Source of the DNA: the human T2T-CHM13v2.0 reference genome, Homo sapiens
Reading direction: 5' to 3' (one strand)
Assembly (NCBI RefSeq): GCF_009914755.1
Contig: NC_060931.1
DNA: 64,000 bases
In this document: positions 17,742 through 34,698 of the stretch, one piece after another
Numbering within the stretch: the stretch's first letter is position 1
Layout: each line of letters opens with the position of its first letter
Notes under the pieces: model-generated
Seen by the model: only the letters and a program-made list of their open reading frames with translations
The model's database searches: none
Told to the model about the DNA's origin: nothing
Position numbers and translations under genes: made by a program

Positions 17742-18058
17742 GGCCAGGCAAGGTGGCTCCTGCCTGTAATCCCAGCACTTTGGGAGGCCGAGGCAGACAA
17801 ATCACTTAACGTCAGGAGTTCGAGTTCCGCCTGGCCAACATGGTGAAACCCTGTCTCTACTAAAATTACAAAAGTTAGTCGGGCATGGTAGCACGGGCCT
17901 GTAATCCCAGCTATTCAGGAGGCTGAGGCACGAGAATCACTTGAATCCAGAAGGCAGAGGTTGCAGTGAGCTGAGATCACGCCACTGCACTCCAGCCCGG
18001 GTGACAGGGCGAAACTCCATCTCAAAAAAAAAGACAAAAAAAAAAAAAAAAAAAAAAA
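17742..18058 (+). mobile_element. Alu (AluSx-like)
   Basis: Sense full Alu, TSD agccac. Confidence 0.95.
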
Positions 18059-18149
18059 GCCACAAAGTTAGCTCTCCAGATCTGTTGGGCTTATTGTTAA
18101 CCAGGTAACATAATTTAATAGATGTCTAGCCTTAGACATACCTTGATGG

Positions 18150-18800
18150 CTGATGTGTTTGAAATGCAAGAATAAAGAAAACATTGTGCAAATATCTTGG
18201 CATAAAACGTGAATTAACTATAAGGGAAAAAAACCCTTCTGGGACAATCCTTGGATACAACAGAGAGATTCCAGGACACAATGGAGAGATATCACTGAGT
18301 TTTTAGGGCAAAGGGCTTTTACTTAAGAATTTGACACCTGGGAAGGTTATGATCCATCTACAAGGCAACAGAATATAAATCAGTTATGCGAGAGCTCAAA
18401 AGCATAAAATCTATCACCCTTCCTAAAGAAATACTGAAAGTGCACATAGGCCCTGAGACATGAATCAAAACAAGGGGTTCAAGAATGGGGGTAAAACAGG
18501 GTCTTAAGGTTCTGTTTCTGAGAACTGAAACCATCCACATCTAAAATTTAATTTAAAACAAAGGCCTTAAACACAGCTATAGAACAAAATGGAAATGACG
18601 TGGTGATGGGTTGAAAGGGAAGACATAATATGAAAAACCAATAATTTTACCATAACAAATTGGATCTAAATCCCATATTACATAAGCAAAGATCAAAACG
18701 CCAGAACAGGAGGGATGAAAAGGAGGGGGGTGGGAGAAGTACTAATTTTATTATTTAAATGGGGGCAGAGTTCTTATTTAATTACACTGATTAGTAGATT
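18150..18800 (+). mobile_element. Probable ancient L1/HAL1 remnant (ORF1-side region)
   Basis: A-rich sequence with atgcgagagctcaaaag...cacccttcctaaagaaatactgaaag; recognition is weak. Confidence 0.4.
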
Positions 18801-19231
18801 AACGTTAAGTGGTAGTTGTGGTAACAGGCATATTTATCATGTTACAGATTTTAATGGACATGGCTTTAGAGGCTGCATAAAATTGCCGTGTATTTTTCCA
18901 GATTTTGTTCTGCGGAAAAGAGTTCCAGGAAGTAAAGTGCTCTTCAAAAAAAGGAAAAACTCTGCCATGGTTAATATGAATGGAAATATAGCATATGATT
19001 TCCCCAACTGGAAATGAAAAAATGAAAAATGCCTGTTAGTATAAATCTTTTTAAGCAGGCTTGTAGTTAAGAGATCATTTTTTAAGTCTAGTGTTTGCCA
19101 GTAATTAAAGCAGGAAAATCTTTTCTCATGGACTATTGTGGTAAACATTTGGCATTGTCCTCTAACATCCATTCTGTCCCAGATGAGCATGTGACCCAAT
19201 TTTGACCACAGAGATACTCTTTGATGCCCGC

Positions 19232-19902
19232 TTTATAGAGACAGGGTCTTGGTCTATCCCCCAGGCTGGAGTGGGTGGCACAATCATAGCTTGAGCCCAG
19301 TCTTGAACTCCTGGGCTCAAGTGATCCTTTTGTCTCAGCCTCCTGAGTAGCTGGGGCTACAGGCATGTACCACCACACCTGTGGTATGGTTTGGCTGTGT
19401 CCCCACCCAATTCTCATCTTGAATTGTAGTTCCCATAATCCCTGTGTTGTGGGAGGAGCCCAGTGGGAGGTAATTGAATCATGGGGGAGGTTACCCCCAT
19501 TCTGCAGTTCTGGTGATAGTGAGTGAGTTCTCAGGGCATCTGATGGTTTTATAAGGGGCTTTTCCCTCTTTTGCTTGCCACTTCTCTTTGCTGTAGCCAT
19601 GTGAAGAAGGACGTGTTTTCTTCTCCTTCTGCCATGATTGTAAGTTTCCTGAGGCCTCCCCAGCCATACTGAACTGTGAGTCAATTAAACCTCTTTCCCT
19701 TATAAATTACCCACTCTTGGGTATGTCTTTATTAGCAGCATGAGAACTGACTAATACAACCTGCCTGATTTTTAAAATTTTCTTTAGAGAGAGGGTCTCA
19801 CCATGTTGCTCAGGCTGGTCTCAAACTCCTGGCATCAAGCAATCTTCCCACCTTGACCTTCTAAAGTGCTGGGATTACAGACATGAGCCACTGAACCTGG
19901 CC
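19232..19902 (-). mobile_element. AluJ-like, split by THE1
   Basis: Alu parts at 19232-19381 and 19759-19902. Confidence 0.92.
19382..19758 (+). mobile_element. THE1 solo LTR
   Basis: tggtatggtttggctgtgtcc...ctaataca; perfect 5-bp TSD acctg. Confidence 0.95.
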
Positions 19903-20049
19903 CATTTTATCATTCTTGAGAGAGAGAGAGAGAAAGGGAGACCCATAAAAGAGATACTCCCCCTTTAAACTCTAGGTATTGTCATGTCTAGATGTGATGT
20001 CTGGAACTGCTGTAACCATCTTGTAACCGTCATGAAAATGACACTTTTG

Positions 20050-20319
20050 GGCCAGGTGCTCATGCCTGTAATTCCAGCACTTTGGGAGTTGAGGCAGGCA
20101 CATCACTTGATGTCAGGAGTTAGAGACCAGCCTGGCCAACATGATGAAATCCCATCTCTACTATAAATACAAAAAGTAGCTCGGCATGGTGGCACACACC
20201 TGTAATCCCAGCTAGTCAGGAGGCTGAGGCAGGAGATTCGCCTGAACCCAGGAGGTGGCAGTTATAGTGAGCCGAGATTGCACCACTGCACTCCAGCCTG
20301 GGTGACAGAGTGAAGCTAA
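20050..20319 (+). mobile_element. Alu (AluS-like), 3'-truncated with no poly-A
   Basis: Ends gacagagtgaagctaa; TSD gaaaatgacactttt. Confidence 0.93.
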
Positions 20320-20334
20320 GAAAATGACACTTTT

Positions 20335-20772
20335 CTGGTTATCACTGCTGTATAACAGCTTAATCATTTTATGGATTCTGTGGGTCAGGAAAGAATCAAA
20401 TGCTGGATTGGATTATCTGCTGAAGCCTTGTTCACGGTGCCAGAGCCAGAAGGAGTCTGAGACCAGGAGTGCCAACTCAGCCCCTCTCCATGGCCTCTCC
20501 AAATGGCTCAGCTTCTACCTAGCATGGAAGCCTCAGGCTGGCTGGACTTCTTATGGTGGCATCTCAAGGCACTAATTACAAATGATCCAGGAAACAAGAC
20601 AGATACTGCATTCCCTTCCCTGACCTAGCATCACTCTTGCTGCATTCTCTGGGTTACAAAAAAGTCACATGCCCACCCAGATTCAAAGGGTGGGAAGGTG
20701 GACCCCTCTCTCTATGGAGGGCTGCCCAGGTCACATGCAGTGCCACGGCTGTCTTTGGAGAATGCAGTCTGA
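20335..20772 (-). mobile_element. MLT1 (F/G/H-like) LTR
   Basis: gattctgtgggtcagg...gctggacttctta...cccagattcaaagggtggg. Confidence 0.7.
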
Positions 20773-20973
20773 ATGGAAGTCAGCACTAAGGCAGGGAGAG
20801 GGGGCTCAAAGAATCTGGGTTACTGTTGGGCCACAGATTCAACCAACCCTGAAGTTTTCCCTGACTCTGTTTTTGTTTTCTGAGATATTTTCCTATCCTT
20901 TAAGCCATTTAGAATTGGTGTGTTTTGTTTATGTTTTTGACTTGTTGCAAAAGTGTTCTAACAGAAGCAAACA

Positions 20974-21312
<339 letters not shown>

Positions 21313-21379
21313 ACAAACCCCTTCTTAACATCCTGCAGGGCCAAGTGTGTGGAAGAAATTGTCCAGACAGTGCTTCTCT

Positions 21380-21600
21380 TTAGATATTAAATTCGGAGAG
21401 ACCTGTGACTGTATGGCTGGGCTCTCTTAGGCATTGATTGAACCGCTCAGAGCAAAACCTCAGTTTCCTTATATATAAAATGGGGATAATAATACTAATG
21501 AATAGGACAGTTGTGAGGCTGAAATGAAGCAGCACTTATGAAATTTTTTTGTTGGCACAGAGGAAACAGTCAATAAATGGTAGCCTTCGTTAGCACTGTT
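21380..21600 (+). mobile_element. MIR
   Basis: cctcagtttccttatatataaaatggggataataatac...gttgtgagg...caataaatggtagc. Confidence 0.75.
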
Positions 21601-22213
21601 TGACCATGACTATTTCATGGTAATATATGATAGCATTTTGGAGGGAAAACCACATTTTGGATACATCCTTTCTATATTTTACTAAGATATGTGGGTGTGT
21701 GTTTTAAGAATGTATTGAAGTCATTTTCCCTTTTTCTTTGGAAAAAAAAAAACCTTTTTAAAGGTAAAGAGTCAGGGAAGCATCTGTCACAGAATGATAG
21801 CCTAGAGCTCTTCATTATCTTAGTGGAGACGTTTTGCAAACAACCAGAAATCCTTCCAAACTGAGTTAGGTAACAAACAGAGGCTATGTTGGAAGGACAA
21901 AAGGAAGTGCCATAGAATCCTAGGAGAGGAGATGAAGGATGCAACAACGGTTCTCCAAGTGTAACAAGGGTAGCTGTGTTCCACAGGATCATTGAAAGTA
22001 GAATGCACGACCCTCCCCAGACTCTCACTCCGGGAAGGCAGGCTGCTGCCTCTCTGCCCTCCCTCTCTCTGGGACTGTAAGACCCTCAGCTCTTTCTTCT
22101 TCTCTGTTCATGTGGCAGGAAGGAGCCTGCATGACTGATGGTTCCATCCGTTCATGCCTGCAAAGACTGGATGGAATCATCATGGGCCAATTCCAACAAG
22201 ATCAACAAATCTC

Positions 22214-22806
22214 AAAGCAGTATGGAGATTTCCCAGAGAATTCAAAACAGAATTACCACTCAGCCCAGCAATCTGATTTTTACTGGATATCTACACAAAG
22301 GAAAATAAATCATTCTACCTAAGACACTCACACTTGTATGTTCATTGCAGCACTATTCACAACAGCAAAGACATGGAATCAACCTAGGTGCCCTAGATGG
22401 TGGACTGGATAAAGAAAATGTGGTAGATATACACTGTGGAATACTATGCAGCCATAGAAAGAGTGCAGTCATGGCCTCTGCAGCCACATGGATGCAGCTG
22501 GAGGTCATTATTTTAAGTGAATTAACACAGAAACAGAAAACCAAACACTGCATGTTCTCAATTGAGTGGGAGCTGAACATTGGGTCCATATGGACATAAA
22601 AATGCCAGCAATAAACACTAGGGACTACTAGATTAGGGACAGAGGGAGGGGGACAAGGGCTTAAAGACTACCTATTGAGTATTATGTTCACCATTTGAAT
22701 GATGGGTTCAATAGATACCCAAACCCCAGCATTGTACAATATATCCATGTAACAAACCTGTACATGTACCTCCTGAATCTAAAAAAGAAAAAAAAAAAAG
22801 ACAAAA
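22214..22806 (+). mobile_element. 5'-truncated L1PA/PB 3' end (L1PA15/16-like)
   Basis: atgttcattgcagcactattcac...gataaagaaaatgtgg...gtaacaaacctgtacatgtacc, poly-A, 10-bp TSD aacaaatctc. Confidence 0.93.
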
Positions 22807-24119
22807 AACAAATCTCCCAGCCCTTCTTGGTCAAGGGTCCGTGCCAGTTTGTTACTGATTAGGAGAGAGAGACATATGGCTCATATCTCACATAGGGAGG
22901 CTGGAGATAGCTAGATACTAGGCAGCAACTCACGTGTCTGCCTCTGTCCTAAAAACAAAGTCTAGTCCCGAGTAAACTCTTTGACAAGCAGGATTCACCC
23001 AATGTGACAATGGAGAATTGCAGCTTGAGTGTGAGTCCTCAAATGACTGAAGCAAGCAATACTATCCTGCCCTGCGGGAGCATAAAAGTGAGGACCCTGC
23101 TTTGTCCTGAAAGCTTACTCCAATTCACTGGATGCTCCTCCCAAATTTCTCCCTGATGTTGATCGCTGCTGTTTTGTCTGGGTTCTTAGAGACAGAATCC
23201 ATTCTCACCTAAGATCAAGGGATGAGTCTGAGCTGTTGGGATTTTGCCCCTGTGGCTTAGCTGATTTCTTCCTGGGATTCTGGCAGCAGGGTTGGTGGCA
23301 CAAGAGCAAGACATCCACGTTTACAGTGAATTCTGAATTAAGAAAACCTCAGCACAGCCTGGAATCCAGCCAGAGAAATACACCGGTACATTAGCTTCTC
23401 TGCTTCCATTTGCAACGTTCACCGATGCCTGCAAGCTGTGCTTGTTAGAGCACTTTGATAACATGCTAATACACTTAGTGAGGCAAAAATAAATAATAAG
23501 GCCTCTTCAAGCTTGCCTGGCTTTGAACCCCATAACTATTAGTACTTCCATAAGTAATTATTCCCAAAAGCTTACAGGTCCGTTCCTGTACCCTCAGCAC
23601 TGCCTATCTTCGGGGTTATACCTCCTGTAACTATATTTAGACTGTAACATAACTACATTAGACTGTCATATTGCATTTTATCCTAACAATACTCTAAATA
23701 CTTTACATGACTGTAAATCTGATTTACAAGGATTCTTGGAAAATCAGTGAAGGAAAATCCTAGACCTCCAGCATTCCAGGGTAGTGAGAGGTTGTTATTT
23801 CATTTTTTTCTCTGCTAGGCATTAACTAATAAAGGAAGAGATGTGAGGATGGGTATTGGACGGCCTCCAAATAAGAAATGTAGGTGAAACATATAATTGA
23901 TAGAAGCTGAATCCACCATAATTTCTACATCTTCTTATTCTCCCTAAGAAGACACTTCTCCTTTCCCCTCTTTAAATTTCTTTCCTATGCTTCCTGAAGA
24001 CCTCTTAGAAGCTGGGTTGGCCCATAAATGCAATGGAGCACCATCTTGAATTCACAAATAAAGAACGAACCAGCCAACTACATCAATGCACTCATTGCAA
24101 CTAAGAGTAAAAAATTTTA

Positions 24120-24595
<476 letters not shown>

Positions 24596-25621
24596 AAATG
24601 TTAATTTCCTCCCCTGTGTCCTCTTTCTTCTCTGACAGTGACTGAAATCTGCACACAGATGGCGTTAGAGATTCTACATAGTGTGCTTGATTTTCTGGAT
24701 TGGTATTTAAGGGAGAGGAAGTGGGGTAACAGCATCAGAGAAGCAGCTAAATGCACGTTACTCAGGAATTGATCTCGGTGACTTTTTGGTTGATTTGCTG
24801 CACTGGGCATTCTGGCATTTATAGAGATGGACCCTGGAGTTGGGACAGTCATGTCACTTTTGCACAAGGAGCACACTGCGATATGATTTTCCTTTCTCCA
24901 TAGAGCAGGCTACAAAAGACAGGAGAGCTGATTGTCATAGGGTGGCAAAGCTATCTTTCTGAAGCCTCATTCTTGGGAATTCCTTTTATGATGGTGATCT
25001 ATGTCATTCCATCAGATGCCCCTGCCATCACCCCAGATAATATTTGCTCCTCCCAGAAATAGCTTGGAGCAAGGCCCAATTTTTTCTGATTTAATCTTAC
25101 CTGCCTTCTTTATAATGACTCAAAAATGTGTTGCTACAGGACAAAACCAAAGTTCTAAGTTTATGTGACACTCACCCTGGAAAAACAACAGCTTTATGCA
25201 TAGCCAGTTTCTTGAGCATAAATTTGGTACCAAGTATTACAATATCCTTAAGCAGATAAATAACAAATGGGGAAATAATTTAGTCATTTCAATTGGAACA
25301 AATTCCCAAAATATCTTCTTGTTATCACTTTGATGAATCAGACTCCAGAGTTCTTAGGGAACATATCACAACAACTAATTAAAGCTTTTAAGATGATGGA
25401 AAGGAATTAATATTAAATGGGTTGGACCAAAAGAGGGAACTGTAACACTTAGTGGAAAGGGCAGAAGAGAAAAGGAAGAAATCCTGGCTAAACTAAGAAA
25501 TGATTGTGAAATGGACTCACCCCTGAGACAAATGTCAAAAGCAGGGAAGAAATCACATCTTCTACCAAATTCTGCCTTAAACTAAGGATCTGTAATTTAT
25601 TGGAAACATCACATGTTTTAA

Positions 25622-26021
<400 letters not shown>

Positions 26022-26389
26022 TAAGTCTGAAAAACAATGTCAGGTAAGAATTTCATATGGAACATCTATACTGACGAATTCCATTCATCTTTCCAATTTG
26101 GCAAACACTCTGCCAGAAAGCAAGAACTGAGGAGGAGGCCTAGGCAGGGTTTCCTTCATGCCTGTGTTTCGTTTAGGTGTGGTCTGTGTGTTTCAATAAC
26201 TCACCCACCTCCACTTCTAGAGGCTGGCTCTAAGGCCAACAGCTCCTGGCAGCTTGGCTTTGTTCACGGCCCAAGCCCTGGTCTCTCCTCTTCTACTTTG
26301 CCCTCTGCTGTTTGGCCTTATTGCAAGGGTCCTGACTTCCTGCTTTATGATTTTCTGCCTCTAGCCCTTTCCCCCTAGCCCTGAACCCT

Positions 26390-26500
26390 AATGCAGAGGT
26401 TCATCAGCATGGCTGGGGAACTTGTTAGAAATAGATACACTCAGGCCCCGTCCAGAGACTCTGGGGTGGCATCCAGCACCCAGAATTCAGCTGATTCTGG
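26390..26500. mobile_element. MER5-like hAT relic
   Basis: ggggaacttgttagaaatagatacactcaggcccc...ccagaga. Confidence 0.55.
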
Positions 26501-26555
26501 TCATCACTTCTAGGGCTGACCTGGGATTTCCCGCTGGGTTAAGATTAACACTCTC

Positions 26556-26927
<372 letters not shown>

Positions 26928-27486
26928 TCAGCACCTGACTGACTGCAGCATTTAGGATACACCAACAAAGAATCGCCCTATGAAGCGAAACACACTTCTC
27001 ATTGAATATATATTGATGCCAAAGTTTGGGAAAGCTGAAACCCCTTAAGTGATGTAATTGTTGCCGTTCTGATTCTCTTATTTTACAGAGATCAGCAGAG
27101 ACTTGGGAGATGCCAGGCAGAGGTTATGGCCAGGCTGAGGCGCTGTCCATGGTCATGAAATAATGACACAGATTCTTCAGGAGGAAGAAAGGAGCCCGCA
27201 GTTTTCTGCTGAGCAGGAAAGGCACCAAACACTGCTCCTTGGGAAGCTGTACTAGTCGGGTTCCCCAGAGAAACAGAACTAATAGGATAAAAATATGTGT
27301 GTGTATGTGTGCGCGTGCGTGTGTGTGTATAGATAGATATAGATATGCATATATATCAAGCTTTTTGTTTTCCCCCATTTACAGTGCTATTCTTTACTTC
27401 TACAGGGTACCCCTCCTTCTATTGTGCAGAAATTTTCTGTGCAATATTCTGTGGGGTTTTATTTATCTACCTGTCTACTTGGAGGC

Positions 27487-27790
27487 TATATATATATATA
27501 GCCTACTAGGGATAGTAGTAAACAAAATCCATACATATATGTATATACACGTATATAAATATATATACGTGTATATACATATATATGAGCAATATATACA
27601 TAAATATGTGTATATACATATGTGTGTATATATTATATATGTATATATGTATGTATATATAATATATACACACATATATGTATATATAATATATACATAC
27701 ATATATGTATATTATATATACATATATGTATATATACATATATAATATATACACACATATATACACATATACACACACATATATATATAT
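27487..27790. repeat. Complex (TA)/(CA)/(TG) tract containing inverted repeats
   Basis: Seen directly; perfect 23-bp-arm hairpin at 27535-27584. Confidence 0.9.
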
Positions 27791-28123
27791 TGCTTATGTC
27801 ATGGAGGCTAATAAGCCCCAAGATCTGCAGGGTAAGGTGGCAAGCTAGAGACCCAAGAGAGCTGATGGTGTAGTTCCAGCCCAAAGGGTGGCAGGCTCAA
27901 GACCAGGAAGAGCCCATGTTTCAGTCTCTTCTCTTGGTGAATTCCCTTTAAAGGGAGAGGAAGCCTGAAGGCAGGTGATATGGTTTAGCTGTGTCCCCCA
28001 CTCAAATCTCATCTTGAATTGTAGCTCCCATAATTCCCATGTGTTGTGGGAGGGACCTGGTGGGAGATAATTGAATCATGGGGGTGGTTTCCCCACAATT
28101 CTTGTGGTAGTGAATAAGTCTCA

Positions 28124-28786
<663 letters not shown>

Positions 28787-29649
28787 TTATAAATTACCCA
28801 GTCTCATCCAAAAACACCCGAACAGAAATACCCGCAATAGTGTTAGACCAAATATCTGGGCACCCTGTTGTCTAGTCAAGGTAACACATAAAATTCACCA
28901 TTGCAGAAGTGAAACTGGTTATAAGAAAGCACCCTGGGAGAATGGTACTTTGGGAATGCCAATTTTAAAGAATTGTAAAGAACTGTTCAGACTGTGTCAG
29001 ATTAGCCAGATGTGAGCAACAATCCCACAGTCAGAAGATGGGATGATAAAGTATCCCCCTCAGAACTGCATCACATCTGTGCTTGCTAATCAAATTTGAT
29101 GCTCACACCCGTATTTATACTGAATGGCCCCTTCTGTTCAAGAGCCAAGTTTGGAATTCTATTGATATCCAGAAGACCAAAGAGGAAGACCAAGAAGCAC
29201 CAGCCATTCTGTGTCCTGGTATTTGTAAACTAGGGGAGACCTTTCTTCTTTGAAGGATAAACAGGAAAATAAAACCCCGTAGAATATTGCAAAGAAAATG
29301 TCTGCACTGTAAAAGGAGGGATACTTTGTAAACATACAGAATAACACTAAAGGGGTTATTACAGAAAAAAAGCTTAAAAGCCATCTGTTTTGTGTTCTCA
29401 ATGAAACACACACACACATACACACACATAATATTACCTATGAAACAAGAGCTATGATAATTGAAGACTGGGATAGAATTATTTTAAGTTGAGAAAAAAG
29501 GGAATTCAAGAAAAGAAAAAATTTAATAATATTAAAACATAATAGAAAAAAATTACATTGGTAGTTGTAAAGTCCAATATCGATGATGCTGAAACTCTAA
29601 CTCAGGTTACAGAAAACAAACTTGGAAAGCTCATCAGTCAACTATTCAG

Positions 29650-30300
29650 TTTACCCTTGGGTTGTTCACCTTTACTTTTTAAATTTTTACTCCTTTTATA
29701 TATTTTGCATGCTAATCTTTTGTTTATTGTGAATGCTGCAAACATTTTCTCCTGGTCTGTAGTTTCTTTTTTAATTTGTTATGGTGGCTTTCCCCATGTG
29801 AGGGTTTTTAAATTTGCATTTAGTCAAAGCTGTTTGTTTTTTCCTTCTGGATACGGGTGTCTTAAGGTGTTTAACTCAATGGGATAAATATAATCCACTC
29901 TATTTACATCTAACCATTTTAGAATTCTTATGTGTGTTTAATCTATGTGTGGCTTATTTTTATAAGTGCTGCTGGGTGAGCATGTAGCTTTTTTACATCT
30001 CCAATAGATAGGCAGTTGCCCCAATTGTATTGAATATCCCATCCTTAGCCCAAGTGATTTAGCACAAGTTTCACGCTAAATTCCCATGTAGACCTGGGCA
30101 TATATATGGACTCCCAGTCCATTCCATTGATCTAGACTCTATTCTATTTATGGCTAGTACTGCATAGGTATATGTGTGTCTTGATATTTGATAACTCTTT
30201 GTTCTTTTTCAATCTTGGATCTTCCTATTTTTTTTTTTTTTTTTGCCACATGTATTTTAGGATCAATTTAGCGATTCCATGAGAATCTTGTTAGGATTTG
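29650..30300 (-). mobile_element. Old L1 (L1ME-like) remnant
   Basis: T-rich antisense L1 motifs (gctgcaaacattttctcc; ttccattgatcta; ttttaggatcaattt). Confidence 0.65.
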
Positions 30301-30442
30301 TTTATTAGTAATCAGGGAAATGCAACTTAAAACTATAGGATGCTATTTTAAATCTATCTAATTGGCAAAATATTCACATTTGATGGTATTGAGGGTTGGA
30401 GAGAATTTAGTAAGAAAAGGTCTTCTATATTATTAGAGTAAC

Positions 30443-30725
30443 TTTTTCTTTTAAAAGGCAGGATGTTATTCAGTTGCCCAGGCTGGAGTACAGTGGTGCA
30501 ATCATAGCTTACTGCATCCTCGAACTCCTAGGCTCAATGGATCCTCCCACTTCAGCCTCCTAAGTGGCTGGGGCTATAGGCGCATGCCACCACACCTCTG
30601 TCATTGTTTTGTAGAGATAGGGTCTATGATGCCCAGGTTAGTCTCAGACTCCCAGCCTCAAGCAATCCTCCCGCCCAGGCCTTCCAAAGCACTGGGATTA
30701 GAGAATTGAGCCATCGCACTCAACC
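30443..30725 (-). mobile_element. Alu (AluJ-like)
   Basis: Divergent antisense Alu. Confidence 0.92.
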
Positions 30726-30981
30726 CGTACTAGCAACTTTTAAAGGTGATATGACAATGTCTATTAAAGCTGAAAATGTGCATGGCCTACAACTTGGCAA
30801 TTCTGCTTCCTAGAATCTCTCCTAGAAAAAGCCTCACACCTGCGTGCATGGAGGCAAGAACACATATGTTGCCTGAAGGATTCTTGTGAAAGGAAAAAGT
30901 ACTGGAATCAAATGTCCATCATTAGAAAAACTAAGGAAAATATCCTTACATGGAATCTATGCCATATATCAAGAGATCTGA

Positions 30982-31321
<340 letters not shown>

Positions 31322-31548
31322 TGAGTGAAATGAAAAGCAAGAATACTAAATGACTACGATATTATTTGTGGAAAAAGAAAAAATCACTCAAGAAAACAGT
31401 ATATTTTTTGTAGGGGGGAGGTTATAGATTCTGGAGGGATCTATACTAAAGTAATAACAGTGGCTAGTTAGCTCTGCGGAGTTCAATATTTGGCAGGCAG
31501 GTAGTGGTAATGAGGTGAAAGCACACAGAACAATACAATTAGCTCTTA

Positions 31549-32052
<504 letters not shown>

Positions 32053-32064
32053 CACACATATACA

Positions 32065-32330
<266 letters not shown>

Positions 32331-33153
32331 CAGTATATATATACATATATATATGAATATATACACACACATATATATATTCACTAAAAGCAAAAATGCA
32401 AATTTTGCACCAACAGCCACACATTAAAATCCTTTGGATAATTGCCCATAGGAATAGAGGTGGAATAGGAGGGAAACAGAGAGAAAAGGAAATAAACAAA
32501 TGAGCAAACAAACAAGTAAGAGAGAGGCTTTGCATGGATCTAAGATGGTGTCCTACCCTAAATGGAGAAATATAATAGATGCAACTCTCCGCCCCGATGC
32601 AGAAAAGTGCACAAACAAACAAATGTGTCTGTGAACTGACAAGAAAGGAAGAAAACTCCAGAGGGCAGACATTAAGAACAAGCAGTTAATTAAGGGAGAG
32701 CTCAGAGCTGGCTTTTTTCCTGAGAGGATCTGCCCAAGCCTGGTGCCTGGAAGCTGTGGTTTAATGACCCTGCAGAACCCGAGGGACAGGAGGCAGAGTC
32801 TATGGACCACACAAGAGGAGGATCTAAAGGAGGTTCTGCAAGAAGGCAGAATCCTCAGAGCCAGGTGGAATGGTTTCGATATTCATCCATGTCATTAGAA
32901 CATGATTAGTTCATTCCATTTTGTCATCGAACAGCATTTCATTGCACACGTTCACCACAATTTTGTTTATCTGTTCTCTGGTTGATTGACATTTGGTTGT
33001 GTCTAGTTTGTTGCTATTACGATCAAGACTCCATGAACAATCTTGTACACATCATTTTACGGACATATGTTTTCACTTCTCTTGGGAAAATACCTAGGAG
33101 AAGAATGTTTGGGTTAAAGAACAAGTATGTATTTAGCTTTATAAGAAACTGCC

Positions 33154-33420
33154 GACTGGGCACAGTGACTCACACCTATAATCCTAGCACTTCCAGGAGC
33201 TAAGTGGGGAAGACAGATTGAGCTCAAGAGTTTGAGACCAGCCTGGGCATTATAGTGAGACCCTGTCTCTAAAAAAAAAAAAAAAAAAAAAATCTTAGCT
33301 GAAGTGGGAGGATCCCTTGAGCTCAGGAGTTTGAGGCTGCAGTGAACCATGATCGCACCACTGCACTTCAGCCTGGGTGACAGAACAAGAGACTCTGCCT
33401 CAAAAGAAAAAAAAAGAAAA
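33154..33420 (+). mobile_element. Alu (AluJ-like) with internal deletion
   Basis: TSD agaaactgcc. Confidence 0.93.
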
Positions 33421-33810
33421 CAGAAACTGCCAAACAGTTTTCCAAAGTGATCGTAACATTTTACACTCCTCTCAGTCATGTCTGAGAATCTCATTTACTC
33501 CACATCCTTGCCAACATTCGGTATTTTCAGTCTTTTCAGCTTAACTTTTTTTCTGGGCAAGAAGTGGGTAACTCACGGCTGTTTTAATTTGTAATTTATC
33601 TAGACAAATGATGTTGTACGTCTTTATATTGATTGTGCTTATTAGCCATTTGTATATTTTCTCTTGTGAAGTAACTAGATGTTGAGCACAACCTTTACAG
33701 GATTGTTTGTCTTTTACAGTATTGAGTTGTGAGACTTTAAAAATATATTTAATATATTCTGCTTACGACTCTTTTCTCAGATAGATACGTTGAAAATATT
33801 TTTTTCCTAA

Positions 33811-34041
<231 letters not shown>

Positions 34042-34331
34042 TAAAAAGTTATTTTTAAAATTGGATTTTAAAATAAATTTGAAAATATTTTCTAAAATTT
34101 TATTTATATAATTGGCAATTAAAAATTGTATATATTATTATTTATGGCATCTAATTTGATGTTTTGATATATGTATACATTATGCAATGGCTAAATCAAT
34201 CTATTTAACATATACATTATCTCATATGCTTATCAGTTTTTGTGATGAGAACATTTAAAATCTCTCCGCAATTTTAAAGTATACAATATATCTTTATTGA
34301 GAGTCTTCACAATGTATGATAGATCTTTTGA

Positions 34332-34698
<367 letters not shown>

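Larger units (their letters stand above)
19135..20968 (+). mobile_element. Fragmented ERVL-type LTR (LTR33/LTR16-like) hosting several insertions
   Basis: catgtgacccaattttgacca; tgtgatgtctggaactgctgtaaccatcttg; tttaagccatttagaattgg...gtgttctaac. Confidence 0.5.

Noticed and set aside
18890-18940. Possible 30-nt micro-exon (ttttccag...gaa|gtaaag)
   Set aside because: Weak donor and no supporting gene context.
19133-19684. 183-aa ORF
   Set aside because: Antisense THE1 plus Alu sequence.
27060-27130. Strong acceptor-like site ttctcttattttacag
   Set aside because: No convincing donor or reading frame follows, and isolated splice-like sites are common by chance.
27239-27884. Overlapping Y/I/C-rich ORFs
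   Set aside because: Translation of the TA/TG microsatellite.
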